Position numbers and translations under genes: made by a program. Shown piece by piece: positions 43,555 through 53,478 of a stretch of DNA of 64,000 nt (its first letter is position 1; the number at the start of each line of letters is the position of its first letter). Where the stretch lies: assembly GCA_965197475.1 (NCBI GenBank), contig CBDANF010000002.1:288001-352000 (forward strand). The letters are read 5' to 3'. The notes under the pieces were generated by a model. That model worked only from the letters and a program-made list of their open reading frames with translations, made no database searches and was not told the origin of the DNA. The DNA is from Candidatus Poribacteria bacterium (GTDB lineage Bacteria > Poribacteria > WGA-4E > WGA-3G).

Positions 43555-44103
43555 CTACTGTGCATCAACGCTCAGTCCTTCTTGAGCGATGTCGTTATTT
43601 GCGACTAACATATCTCGGTTAAAGATAAAATCACTACGGGAACTTCCAAGGTTTTCCCCTTCTGCCTGACGTTCACGGAAGTATTGCGGAAGTGTTAGTC
43701 CTGTCATGCGAATAGCATCTTCGGGACATGCTTCAATACAATAACCACAGAATATACAGCGGAGCATATTGATTTCAAAAACATCAGGGTATTTTTCCCG
43801 TTGGTAACCTTCTTTGGTTGTCCATCCATCAGGAGCGGGGGCTGCTTGTATCGTGATGCAGTCAGCTGGGCAAGCGGTTGCGCATAAGAAGCATGCAACG
43901 CATTTAATTTCATCCTTGTCAGTCGTGGTTAATTTATGGATACCTCGATACCGATCATTACGTTCATTGACGCTTCTCGGATCTTCGGGGTACTGAACTG
44001 TTAATTTCTTCTTAGGGATGTGTTTTAACGTTGTGAACATCCCCTTAATCAACGCTGGGATATAGAGTCTATCCCAAAATGACATCTCTTCGTTAACTTT
44101 CAT
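43555..44103 (-). CDS. nuoI: NADH-quinone oxidoreductase subunit I
   Basis: TVQYPE, RYRGIH, CVACFLCATACP, RCIFCGYCIEACPEDAI. Confidence 0.9.
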   Translation of the reverse strand: MKVNEEMSFWDRLYIPALIKGMFTTLKHIPKKKLTVQYPEDPRSVNERNDRYRGIHKLTTTDKDEIKCVACFLCATACPADCITIQAAPAPDGWTTKEGYQREKYPDVFEINMLRCIFCGYCIEACPEDAIRMTGLTLPQYFRERQAEGENLGSSRSDFIFNRDMLVANNDIAQEGLSVDAQ

Positions 44104-45740
44104 AAACGGAATTCCTTTCTGATTACAACTTTCACAAAATTAATTCTTTCCTACACGTTCTCTCGTGTTTGCGCGATACGCGCGGTATCACCTGCCAACG
44201 CAGGTATTAGTAGACACACGATTTTCAATCGATTTTACATAAAACTTCAGTAGTCGTTATTCTTTTGCTGTTGCTGTCGCTATGTTTGAAGCTCCACCTT
44301 CGCCCTCACTATTCACAGCTCGCACTTGGAAGCCATAAAGTTCACCGCCTGTACGTTCGGTTACCGTTACAAAAGTATATGTTCCGACTGTAGAGAACCA
44401 CGATGTCCAAGCACTCCATCCCGAACTATAGTATCTCCGAAACCGCGCCTCATAACCGGTAATCGCAGTGCCCCCATCATCGCTTGGCGCATCCCAAGAC
44501 AGATATACCGCGCCGACTATTGTACTATGTGTTGAAGCTCTGAGATTAGTCGGCGCACCCGGCACAGTCGTAGATGATTGTGGCGTGACAGTGACTTTAG
44601 ACGATTCTGGACCTGACCCAGAACTATTCACTGCACGCACTTTAAACGCATAAACCGTGCCATTCGTTAAGCCCGTTAGCGGAACGGACGTGCTGCTACC
44701 GTTGTCCGTGGATGCCCAAGATCTCCAAGAACCATCGTCATCGGTATCTCTGCGATATTCGTAACCTGTAATCGCACCTCCACCATCTGAGGATGGCGTA
44801 TCCCAAGATAACGTGACCTGTCCATCACCTGCGGTTGCCTGTAGATTCTGAGGCGCACCTGGTGTTGATATTAATGGTAATTGCGGTGTGCCGGTGGCAA
44901 TATCTGATTCTGAACCTGCTGCACCCACGCTATTCACCGCACGCACACGGAACTCATATAGGGTGTCATTCGTGAGACCCGTTACGGTTTCCGATAAATC
45001 TATCCCCGCGGATGTCCATGAACCGAAATCGCCGCTGCTCCCTTCGCGATAACTGTATTCGTAATCGGTAATTATTAAACCCCCATTTGAATTGGGAGCA
45101 TCCCAGTAAAGTGACACTTCACCATCACCCGCGGTTGCGTTTAGATTTTGCGGCGCACTCGGTATAGTGGCTGGCGTTGCATAAGCTGTCCTTGATTCGG
45201 TACTTTCACCCGCGCTATTCACAGCTCGTATCCGGAACTTGTATCCCGTGCCGTTGGTCAATCCAAAAACCGAATTAAGAGTGTTGGTATTACCCCACGA
45301 TGTCCATGATGAACCGAAACTTTGAGAGGTGCGGCTATATTGGTATTCGTAATCGCTAATATCCGCACCGCCATCATCGCTTGGTGCTGTCCAAGATAGA
45401 CTGACCCACCCATTGTAACCGTAGCCACTCAAACTTGTGGGGGCACTAGGCACCGTCGCAGGCGTTGATTCTAAAGACTCGGTAGCGGCACTTGCACTCT
45501 CACCATTCATCGCTTTCACCTGGAACTTAAAGTCGTCCCGTTCGTTAACCCCAAAACATCAAAAAATGTGTTCGACCCCGCGGGTATCCAAAGACTCCAT
45601 ATTGAAAATGGCACATCCACGCGATACCGGTATTTGTAACCGGTAGTCGTACCACCGCCAGCAGTCCAGGAAAGACGGACTTGACCATCCCCAAAAGACG
45701 CACTAAAATTTGTCGGTGTATCTGGTGGTGCGGTGTCTGT
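43973..45740. repeat. 1.77-kb direct duplication, copy 1 (FN3 tail + intergenic + nuoI 5' end)
   Basis: Near-identical to 57933-59700 (offset 13960); a few SNPs. Confidence 0.95.
44257..45519 (-). CDS. Fibronectin type III repeat tail (4 complete FN3), frameshift-separated from the upstream protease ORF
   Basis: Repeated PSAP.NL.ATAGDG.V.LSW..P..DGG..IT.YEY....GLTNGT.Y.F.VRAVN. Confidence 0.9.
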   Translation of the reverse strand: MKAMNGESASAATESLESTPATVPSAPTSLSGYGYNGWVSLSWTAPSDDGGADISDYEYQYSRTSQSFGSSWTSWGNTNTLNSVFGLTNGTGYKFRIRAVNSAGESTESRTAYATPATIPSAPQNLNATAGDGEVSLYWDAPNSNGGLIITDYEYSYREGSSGDFGSWTSAGIDLSETVTGLTNDTLYEFRVRAVNSVGAAGSESDIATGTPQLPLISTPGAPQNLQATAGDGQVTLSWDTPSSDGGGAITGYEYRRDTDDDGSWRSWASTDNGSSTSVPLTGLTNGTVYAFKVRAVNSSGSGPESSKVTVTPQSSTTVPGAPTNLRASTHSTIVGAVYLSWDAPSDDGGTAITGYEARFRRYYSSGWSAWTSWFSTVGTYTFVTVTERTGGELYGFQVRAVNSEGEGGASNIATATAKE

Positions 45741-47732
45741 ACTAGTAACAATATCGGTGTCAGTGTCTTGACTGAGTTGATTTTCAAGGTTTTCCTCGTT
45801 GACGGGATGCTCTGTCCACTCCGGGTCCTCGTTCCCTTGCGGCGCACCTAAATCATACTCATAGTGGTGAAATACAGGGTAAATAGTTTCAGGATAAATG
45901 CCATACGCACGGGGGCCCGACATATAGTAGTCATAGTCCATAATGGATCTGCCGTAGGTATACGTGAAGGGACCCGTTGATATTCGAGACTTATTACCAC
46001 TATAAGTGTGGAATTTGAGCGTAAAAGTCGTAGTTTTCTTATCAGCATACTCATCCTCTGAGTCGGAGATATTCCAATAAAGATTTCGTTTTTGCAATGC
46101 TATTTGGTAGGCATCCGTCTCTCTATAGTCATTGCGGGCTTTCTCCGCATTCTTCTCGGCTTGCTCTCCTGCTTCGGGCGTTCGCTGGGCGGGGGGTAAG
46201 GCGTTAAATGCACTTACGATCTCATCATACTTGGCAGTTGCTGTCCGTGCTTCTGTTTGCCATGCTTCGAAAATCGATACCCTTCTTGCTATTTCATCAT
46301 GGGCTGCTTCTCTTTTCGGTTTGCCTGTATTGTCGAAAGCATACAAACCGATCCAGCCGGTTGCGGTACTCCCAAGTTGGAGACTGGCATCTTCCTCGAA
46401 ATCAAGTTTAGGATACACTGCCTTCTCTGCATCGGTCAGTGTAGGAACGCCTCCGTTAAAAGAGACTTTCCAGGGGTGCTTCAGTCCGATAGCATGTCCT
46501 ATTTCATGTCCTATCGTAGAATAAATAATTGCATCTTTCGTTGTCAGTTGATTTCCATCGTTATCTGTCTGTCGTGCAAGCCACTCAGGAAATCCGAGAT
46601 AATTATCACCATTGCCAACCGCGTTAGCCCTATTATCAATGGTATTGGTATAAATGTCAATAGTGTCATCCGCGTTTGTCCACCCCAAAAGGTTTGTCGT
46701 TGTCGTCTGTTTCTCAACCCATATCGCCTTTTTCGGCATGATCCACCAAGATACGTCGGCAGTATCTCGGATCGCTGTCGGCGCACCAAGCTTGTTAAAG
46801 TTGACGATGCGGTCATTTTTACCATCTTTCGTCTCGGTTTCCAGTATTTCGTATATAACGAACACACCCGGGAGTTTGTAGGCAGCACCGATACCCGATT
46901 TCGTCAGCCCTTTTTCACCAAACTCAGCGTATTGACTGTAAACAAAGATGTCTTTATTTTTCGGGTTCAAGCGTGTATGACTTCCACCAACCATGAACCC
47001 ACGGTATTCTTCAAACACGCACAGACCATCACCGATATGTGTATTCGTTTGCACACGGTTTTCATCGCCACCGGTTGTCGGACCCTCCTCAGTGTCCGCG
47101 GGCGGTATATGTCCGGTCGCGCCATCCCACTTATCTTTTTCCCATGAATCGGCAATGTAGTCGCCGTTGTCGTCCTTCGGAATAAATTTATTATCCGACC
47201 CCTGGCTCGTACCCGTAGAATTTGACAGTTCTGCAACAAGTCTGCCATACGCACCGCCATCTTCACAGCGAACGGTTATTGTAAACGTGATAGTAGCTCC
47301 AACATTGCTGTCAGAGTTAAACTTGACACCTACGCTGTCCCGCACGGCTATATTAACATTTGTCAGTTCTCTACCGACGAGGTCATTCCAGATGGCCGGT
47401 TCCCATCTTAAACCCGCAGGAAGCGGCACCTGATCTGCCGGATAGAAACGCAGATCAGGGTCGGTGCCAGGATTTTCACGGGGCATGTTCATACAAATAC
47501 CTATCCAACTCGAAACCTTTTCAAAACTCAAACTGACCGACCCCTCAGAAAAATCGATACCAGAAACCTCAACAGTGAAAGTTATTTTGCCCTGATCCGT
47601 CGGTTTCCAATCATCATAATCCATCGGAGGTCTCAACTCCACAGACGCAGCACGCGTATCAGAGGGAGACAAACCTGCCAACGTTGTTAAAAGACATAAT
47701 AGTATGATGTAAACAAATAAGCGATCTGTCAT
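45516..47732 (-). CDS. Secreted zinc metalloprotease-like protein (variant 1), continues into FN3 repeats after a 1-bp frameshift
   Basis: Signal peptide; W.P/CMN/DL.F N-domain; PKDDNGDYIADSWE; GDGL..EEYRGF; HEIGHAIGLKH; SIMDY Met-turn-like; first FN3 at the C-terminus. Confidence 0.75.
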   Translation of the reverse strand: MTDRLFVYIILLCLLTTLAGLSPSDTRAASVELRPPMDYDDWKPTDQGKITFTVEVSGIDFSEGSVSLSFEKVSSWIGICMNMPRENPGTDPDLRFYPADQVPLPAGLRWEPAIWNDLVGRELTNVNIAVRDSVGVKFNSDSNVGATITFTITVRCEDGGAYGRLVAELSNSTGTSQGSDNKFIPKDDNGDYIADSWEKDKWDGATGHIPPADTEEGPTTGGDENRVQTNTHIGDGLCVFEEYRGFMVGGSHTRLNPKNKDIFVYSQYAEFGEKGLTKSGIGAAYKLPGVFVIYEILETETKDGKNDRIVNFNKLGAPTAIRDTADVSWWIMPKKAIWVEKQTTTTNLLGWTNADDTIDIYTNTIDNRANAVGNGDNYLGFPEWLARQTDNDGNQLTTKDAIIYSTIGHEIGHAIGLKHPWKVSFNGGVPTLTDAEKAVYPKLDFEEDASLQLGSTATGWIGLYAFDNTGKPKREAAHDEIARRVSIFEAWQTEARTATAKYDEIVSAFNALPPAQRTPEAGEQAEKNAEKARNDYRETDAYQIALQKRNLYWNISDSEDEYADKKTTTFTLKFHTYSGNKSRISTGPFTYTYGRSIMDYDYYMSGPRAYGIYPETIYPVFHHYEYDLGAPQGNEDPEWTEHPVNEENLENQLSQDTDTDIVTSTDTAPPDTPTNFSASFGDGQVRLSWTAGGGTTTGYKYRYRVDVPFSIWSLWIPAGSNTFFDVLGLTNGTTLSSR

Positions 47733-48883
47733 TATTCTGTCTCCTTACTCTTATCAATTATAAGTTTCCTGGTTTTTTCATCGTAAATGTATTTTGGAGC
47801 CGGCCCGAAATACGAATATCCCTTGCGCTGCTCATAAACTTTATCTTGTGCCTTCTCTATACCATCAAGACTATTACTATATGGCAACCTTTGTATCCAA
47901 GATAATCCCTGATAGGCAGCGACAGAGTTTTCCCACTTACCGAGTTTCGCATAACATTTTGCTAACAATGAGTTCTTTTTCGCAATACGGCTATCCAGTT
48001 GACAGGCTTTCTGAATGTGCTCAAGAGCTAAGGCATACTTGTTCTTTATATAGTAGTACCACGCGATATCTTCGTGTGCAAAGGCAGCGTTTGGGAACTT
48101 TGCCAGCAGCTGCTTGTATGCTTCAATCCGTTCATCGTATGGATCGTATGGATGACATTTTACCCAGACGCGCATCGCCTCGACAGAGTTTGGGTTTTCC
48201 CGCATCGCACGCACTGCATACTCAAGACCAAACGTTTCGCGGGTGAGAGAGGAGCTCATAAGATACTTTGCAGCGGTGAGAGTATCTATGCCTTCAAACA
48301 GAATCTCAAGCCTTTTTCGTTCACGGACATCTTCTGGGAGCGTTGTTGGCAGTGCGTCCATTCGCTCCTCTTGTCCCTTTGTCATGTAAAAGATTTTACC
48401 TGTGAAAGGTGCCTTATTCTTATCCACCGGATAGTCTACAAAGATAGCACCGGGGTAGCCGCGAACATCATCCCATATCGGTTTTCCTTTTTGGTCATAA
48501 GGGAGGATTTTTATCTTGTCTTTGAAAGGATTGGTGCCGATAAGAGCAGGATCATAGAGTGCCTTTATCGGCACAGCAAAGTCTGGTTTCCACAGCAGAT
48601 CAGGATTAGCAATAACTTCTTTTTTGCGTTCAATAGATTCCGGGTAGCCTCTATTTTCAGCGACATCTGCCTTGAATTGTTCTATAAGCCGCTCAAAACT
48701 CGGTTCTTGGAACGGGGGCAGTTTGACCGGTTTACGACTATTTGCAGGGACGGGACCGTAGGCAGCTTGGTTATACGGATCTGCGTGTTCGGGCACAGTT
48801 TCCACGTCACAGCCACTGTAGCCTGCAAGCAGGATAACGGTTAGCATCAGTCCGGTTGTGAGGGTATCAATACGAAATTTCAT
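47732..48883 (-). CDS. TPR lipoprotein (array cassette L1), coupled to the intact protease
   Basis: MKFRIDTL...LAGYSGC lipobox; C-terminal TPRs; TAATG overlap with the protease. Confidence 0.8.
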   Translation of the reverse strand: MKFRIDTLTTGLMLTVILLAGYSGCDVETVPEHADPYNQAAYGPVPANSRKPVKLPPFQEPSFERLIEQFKADVAENRGYPESIERKKEVIANPDLLWKPDFAVPIKALYDPALIGTNPFKDKIKILPYDQKGKPIWDDVRGYPGAIFVDYPVDKNKAPFTGKIFYMTKGQEERMDALPTTLPEDVRERKRLEILFEGIDTLTAAKYLMSSSLTRETFGLEYAVRAMRENPNSVEAMRVWVKCHPYDPYDERIEAYKQLLAKFPNAAFAHEDIAWYYYIKNKYALALEHIQKACQLDSRIAKKNSLLAKCYAKLGKWENSVAAYQGLSWIQRLPYSNSLDGIEKAQDKVYEQRKGYSYFGPAPKYIYDEKTRKLIIDKSKETE

Positions 48884-48923
48884 CAGTTTTCTCCTTTTGC
48901 TTGACTTGCTGAGTCTCAACAGT

Positions 48924-49006
48924 TTATGTAGCAAGGTTAGCGACCGTATAGTTCGGTGCTTCCTCCGTAATATCAATATCGTGCGGATGGCTTTCTCGGT
49001 AACCAC
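48924..49006 (-). pseudogene. guaB: guaB 3'-end fragment copy (83 bp)
   Basis: GYRESHPHDIDITEEAPNY = IMP dehydrogenase C-terminus. Confidence 0.85.
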
Positions 49007-49116
49007 CCATTATACGCATCCAAATTCGCTGGCTCTATAGAAACACTCGGTGGACCATCCGCAGCGGACGGATTCAGCACACTAAACAATGTCAAAACAG
49101 AAATGCGATATTTCAT
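49007..49116 (-). pseudogene. 5' stub of the secreted protease family
   Basis: MKYRISVL.../...PSVSIEPANLDAYNGWLP; ATGA overlap with the lipoprotein stop. Confidence 0.6.
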
Positions 49117-50222
49117 TTGTCATATCCTTCTTGTATTAATTCTATAAGTGAATACCCTTTTCGTTGCTTCCGAATCTTATCTTTTGCTATATCCAACTCA
49201 CTATCCAACTTATATATCCGCAATGGACTTGGTTGGAAAAAATAATCCATTCCCTGATAGGCAGCAACGGCTTTCTCCCATTCCCCAAGTGTGAAATAGC
49301 ATATCGCTAACAAGTCATTCGTTTTGGCAATACGACTGTCTAACTGACAAGATTTTTGCATATGAACCAGTGCAGCCTCCGGGTCATCTTTCTCGTAGTA
49401 ATAGTGCCACGCGATTAGCTCGTGAGCAAACGCATCGTTGGGGAACTTTGAAAGCAGCTGTTGGTATGCCTCAATCTTTTGATCTTCAGGATGGCATTTG
49501 ACCCAAATACGCATCGCTTCAACAGAGTTCGGATTTTCACGTATTGCACGCTCCGCATATTCAACGCCAATAGCTTTTTTGTTAGGAGAATTCATTTGGC
49601 TCAGGTGTTTTGCAGCAGTGAGTGTATCTACCCTCTCATACACAATCACAGCACGTTTTCTATAGTAGTTAATATCTGCGTCCGAATTTGGATTCAAATG
49701 CCTCCAGTTTTGCCGTACAGCATCCAACCTCTCCTCTTGATCTTTTGTTTTGTAGATAACTTTGCCCGCAAAAGGATACACTTCTTTGTCATGATCATAG
49801 ACCCCGTGTATAGGTTTTCCTTTTTCAGAATAAGAGCGGACTTTTATCTTATCGCGTGTTGGATTGTAGCCCGGCAGTCTTGGGATTTCATCGAAATTTA
49901 GTGTGGGGGGCACCTCAAATCCGATGCCATCCCACAGTATATCGGGGTTGGCAATTGCTTTTCTTTTGCGTTTGAGCATCTCTGGGTCCCCCTTATTTTC
50001 AGTGACATCTGCTTTGAACTGTTCTATCAGTCTCTCAAAACTCGGTTCAACAATGGTTAGTTTTACGGGCTTTCGGCTATTCGCCGCGACGGGTCCGTGT
50101 TCTGCTTGGTTATAAGGGTCTGCGTGTTCGGGGGCGGTTTTCTGTCCGCAGCCAGAGCAACCAGCGAGCAGAGTAACGGTCGTCAATAGTAAAGTTGTGA
50201 GGATTTCAATACGAAATTTCAT
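49113..50222 (-). CDS. TPR lipoprotein (cassette L2)
   Basis: MKFRIEIL...LLAGCSGC; paralog of L1. Confidence 0.8.
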   Translation of the reverse strand: MKFRIEILTTLLLTTVTLLAGCSGCGQKTAPEHADPYNQAEHGPVAANSRKPVKLTIVEPSFERLIEQFKADVTENKGDPEMLKRKRKAIANPDILWDGIGFEVPPTLNFDEIPRLPGYNPTRDKIKVRSYSEKGKPIHGVYDHDKEVYPFAGKVIYKTKDQEERLDAVRQNWRHLNPNSDADINYYRKRAVIVYERVDTLTAAKHLSQMNSPNKKAIGVEYAERAIRENPNSVEAMRIWVKCHPEDQKIEAYQQLLSKFPNDAFAHELIAWHYYYEKDDPEAALVHMQKSCQLDSRIAKTNDLLAICYFTLGEWEKAVAAYQGMDYFFQPSPLRIYKLDSELDIAKDKIRKQRKGYSLIELIQEGYDK

Positions 50223-50262
50223 CAGTTTTCTCCTTTTGCTTGACTTGCTGAGTCTCAACAGT

Positions 50263-50490
50263 TTATGTAGCAAGGTTAGCGACCGTATAGTTCGGTGCTT
50301 CCTCCGTAATATCAATATCGTGGGGATGGCTTTCTCGGTAACCGCTGCTTGACATACGGACAAATTGGACATCTCTGCGTAACGACTCAATATCTGGTGT
50401 GCCGCAATATCCCATAGCGGAACGAATCCCACCTACTAACTGATAGACAAAATTGCTCAGTTTGCCTTTATGAGGCACTCGACCTTCAAT
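50263..50490 (-). pseudogene. guaB: guaB 3'-end fragment copy (228 bp)
   Basis: IEGRVPHKGKLSNFVYQLVGGIRSAMGYCG...ESHPHDIDITEEAPNY. Confidence 0.92.
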
Positions 50491-50625
50491 AACACGCCAT
50501 CACCTATTTTAGCACCAATACGCACAGTGTGCAAGCGTTTTGACGTGTGTTCAAGGATAAATGCTTTTGTGTCTGCAGCATCCGCAGCGACAGAATTTTG
50601 TTTGTGTTTTTCATTTGCATTTTAC

Positions 50626-50797
50626 GCAAGCCCCCTTCAATAACAGGGCTATCTTTTGCTGGGTACCATGGCTTCGGTACAGAAACCTTTATCTTATTGT
50701 TATTAGTGGGAGCTTGTTCTGCAGCACCAATAGCATTGTCAATAAAATATATGTGTATACTCAACAAAACTAATAAAAATATGATTGCCCTATTCAT
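50626..50797 (-). pseudogene. 5' stub of a secreted protein (MNRAII...KPWYP)
   Basis: Signal peptide plus W.P motif; truncated at the junction with a duplicated foreign segment. Confidence 0.55.
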
Positions 50798-51806
50798 TGG
50801 TTTTCTCCTTTTTGGGTCGCCCAATCTTACCAATCTTGTTATCTCGCTGCATCGTCATAATATGGTATTCTGCACCTTCTGGGCCATACTTAGACAAATG
50901 CTTTAATGTTTCCAACGCTTTGGCATCTTCTTCTGTCCAGTAAAAGTATGCTTTAGCCAATTCAAACAATATACCTGTTTTCAAAAAAGTTGGGTGGTCT
51001 GCTGGCACATCGGGTGCGTATTGATATGCTTTTTTCAGTAAAGGTATTGCCTCCGCAGAATACGTTATATCCCCTAACCTATAAAGCGCGTAAGGTGCGT
51101 TTGGACGCATTTTCAATAAACGCCAATAGCCGTCCCTTTTTTTGTCATAATTCCGTTGGAAGCGTGTCCAAACGAGTAACGTGTGGTAATCGTCTGGGTT
51201 GTCATCAAGGGCTTGTTGCGCATACTTCAAGTCTCGGTCTGTGTAAATATTGTGCGCAGCAATATATTTCACAGCATTCAGTGGGGTCATGCCTTCCGTC
51301 ATTATCTCTGCCCGTTTGTCTGCTAATTCTGATTCGATTTCTCGGATAATGTCCCCTCTGCGTTTTTCTGATGTTACGCCTTCAATTCTTTTTTTGAGTT
51401 TATCCCTATATTCGTATTCGCGTTGTTCATATCGCGCCCATTTCTCCGCATGGTTAGGCGCGATTGGCACCATGTCATTATATTCCGCTGGTGTATCCTC
51501 AATCTCCCATTCATAGTCAAAATCGGGTATCCAAAAAATAGGGTCGTCTTGATAGTCGGGCGGTGGTGCTGTGCCTGTTGCCGTAAGGTCTTCATACGGG
51601 TTTTCGGGTGGGTAATATGTGGTCGGTATAACTTCCGAGTCCAGTATCTCTGTCGGGGGCGTGCGTCCATCTGTTATGTCCGCACCGTTTTTCTCCGACT
51701 CGGCTTTTTCGTCGGTAATGTTTTGCTGTTGACACCCTAAACTTCCAACAAATAAAATAAAGGCTGTCATCAGTAAAGTGGTGATGTGTGCTGTGATAAG
51801 TTTCAT
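50790..51806 (-). CDS. TPR lipoprotein (cassette L3; no guaB fragment upstream)
   Basis: GSLGC lipobox; YPPENPYEDLTATGTAPP shared with L4. Confidence 0.8.
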   Translation of the reverse strand: MKLITAHITTLLMTAFILFVGSLGCQQQNITDEKAESEKNGADITDGRTPPTEILDSEVIPTTYYPPENPYEDLTATGTAPPPDYQDDPIFWIPDFDYEWEIEDTPAEYNDMVPIAPNHAEKWARYEQREYEYRDKLKKRIEGVTSEKRRGDIIREIESELADKRAEIMTEGMTPLNAVKYIAAHNIYTDRDLKYAQQALDDNPDDYHTLLVWTRFQRNYDKKRDGYWRLLKMRPNAPYALYRLGDITYSAEAIPLLKKAYQYAPDVPADHPTFLKTGILFELAKAYFYWTEEDAKALETLKHLSKYGPEGAEYHIMTMQRDNKIGKIGRPKKEKTNE

Positions 51807-51921
51807 CGTTTGTTCCCCTTATTGATTTGAAGTATGCAGTTTGCTTTTATAAATGCTCGTTTTATCAATAAATACTACCATCTGATATGACTATCTTAAA
51901 ACGAATATAAATATGATTGCT

Positions 51922-52932
51922 CTATTCATTGGAAGTCTCCTTTGTGCCACGCACAAACATACCAATCTTGTTATCGCGTTGCATAGACGTAATATAGTAT
52001 TCTGCGCGTTCTGGGTTAAACTTTGACATATACTCCAACGTTTCCAACGCTTTTGCATCTTCACGAGTCTCGTAGTAGTATTTTTTAGCCAATTCATACA
52101 ATGCACCGTATTGTATATTAAACCCGCTGGGTTTAAGTGGTTCTTCTGGGGCGTATTGCAGTGCCTTCTTGAGTATAGGTATCGCCTCGGGGGAATGTGT
52201 ATAACGACCTAACCTATAAAGCGTGTAGGGTGCGTTGGGGCGCATTTTGACCAAACGTTGATAGGCTTCCCTTCTTTTATCTAAATCAACTTGTGCTTCT
52301 GTCCAAACGAGTAGGGTGTGATAATCATTCGGGTTTTCATCAAGGGCTTGCTGCACATATTTCAATACATGGTCTGTATTCATGTTATGTGCAATCAAAT
52401 ACTTTGCAGCATTGAGGGGTGTCAAGCCTTCGGTCATTATCTCTGCCTTGATGACCTTTAATTTCGACTGGTTCACTTTGTAAATTTGCAACAGCAATTT
52501 TTCTGATGTTACGTCTGTTACGTTTTTCAGTTCTTCCTCAAATTTATCGTCAAATTCTTTCTCGTGTTGTTCAAACCGTGCCATTTTCTCCGCACGGTTG
52601 GGTGCTATAGGCAAGGATACTGCATATTTCTCTGTGATGTCAGATTCTAACTCATATTCAAACGCTGGTATCCAGAAAATAGGGTTGCCTTTATAGTCGC
52701 TGGGCGGTGCCGTTCCTGTTGCCGTAAGGTCTTCATACGGGTTTTCGGGTGGGTAAAAGGTTGTGGGAAGTGTTGTATCCGCATCTGCTTCGGGGAACGG
52801 TGTAACATCCTTTTGCGTATCCGCTTGCGGTTCAACTTGTTCTGGTGGTTTCTGTTTATCCCCATTGCAGCCAACGAGTAGAATAACGACTATCATTAGT
52901 AAAGTTGTGAGTATTTCAATACGGATTTTCAT
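51922..52932 (-). CDS. TPR lipoprotein (cassette L4)
   Basis: MKIRIEIL...LLVGC; paralog of L3; followed by a 12-codon MNRAII stub (51891-51929). Confidence 0.8.
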   Translation of the reverse strand: MKIRIEILTTLLMIVVILLVGCNGDKQKPPEQVEPQADTQKDVTPFPEADADTTLPTTFYPPENPYEDLTATGTAPPSDYKGNPIFWIPAFEYELESDITEKYAVSLPIAPNRAEKMARFEQHEKEFDDKFEEELKNVTDVTSEKLLLQIYKVNQSKLKVIKAEIMTEGLTPLNAAKYLIAHNMNTDHVLKYVQQALDENPNDYHTLLVWTEAQVDLDKRREAYQRLVKMRPNAPYTLYRLGRYTHSPEAIPILKKALQYAPEEPLKPSGFNIQYGALYELAKKYYYETREDAKALETLEYMSKFNPERAEYYITSMQRDNKIGMFVRGTKETSNE

Positions 52933-52972
52933 CAGTTTTCTCCTTTTGCTTGACTTGCTGAGTCTCAACAAT

Positions 52973-53428
52973 TTATGTAGCAAGGTTAGCGACCGTATAG
53001 TTCGGTGCTTCTTCGGTAATATCAATATCGTGCGGATGGCTTTCCCTGTAACCACTGCTTGACATACGGACAAATTGCACATCTCTGCGTAACGACTCAA
53101 TATTGGACGTGCCGCAATATCCCATAGCAGAACGAATTCCACCTACTAACACCCGATCCGCGATGGTAAAATATAGATCAGCATCGTCGCCTGTCCCTTT
53201 GTTCATGCATGTCTCTTCCCAAGTGGATACATTGGTCAGATTTAACTCGATGGAACCTGTGGATTGGGCACCTGCGACGGTCACAAGAAAAGTGACCGTG
53301 TCCCCATCTTCAGGTAGCCACGCATTAAACTCTGTTTCATTTAACGGTTCTATACAGACGTTTTGCGCGTGTGCAAACGGTAATAATGTAAACAATAAAA
53401 GCAAAATAGTGAGATAATAATTTTTCAT
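52973..53428 (-). pseudogene. Chimeric ORF: protease-family 5' stub fused in frame to the guaB 3' fragment (52973-53150)
   Basis: MKNYYL...NAWLPE...TCMNKG..DLYF..DRV|LVGGIRSAMGYCG...APNYTVANLAT. Confidence 0.85.
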
Positions 53429-53478
53429 AAAATAAACCCCTAATTAATAATCTAAGGTATGACATTAACGATTGATGT

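Noticed and set aside
45520-45535. Programmed -1 frameshift site
   Set aside because: No X XXY YYZ heptamer or clear stimulatory structure; kept only as an unexplained shared frameshift
46257-48844. Plus-strand ORFs of 296 and 256 aa
   Set aside because: Antisense shadows of the minus-strand protease and lipoprotein genes; no motifs
50263-50478. 71-aa 'small protein' genes here and at 57569-57784
   Set aside because: GuaB C-terminal fragments with no RBS or proper start
48884-53142. Long N-terminal extensions of lipoprotein ORFs in the ORF track (e.g. MVTEKAIRTIL..., MGFVPLWDIA...)
   Set aside because: These are off-frame readings of the guaB fragment; the true starts follow the AGGAGAAAACTG RBS and give lipoprotein signal peptides
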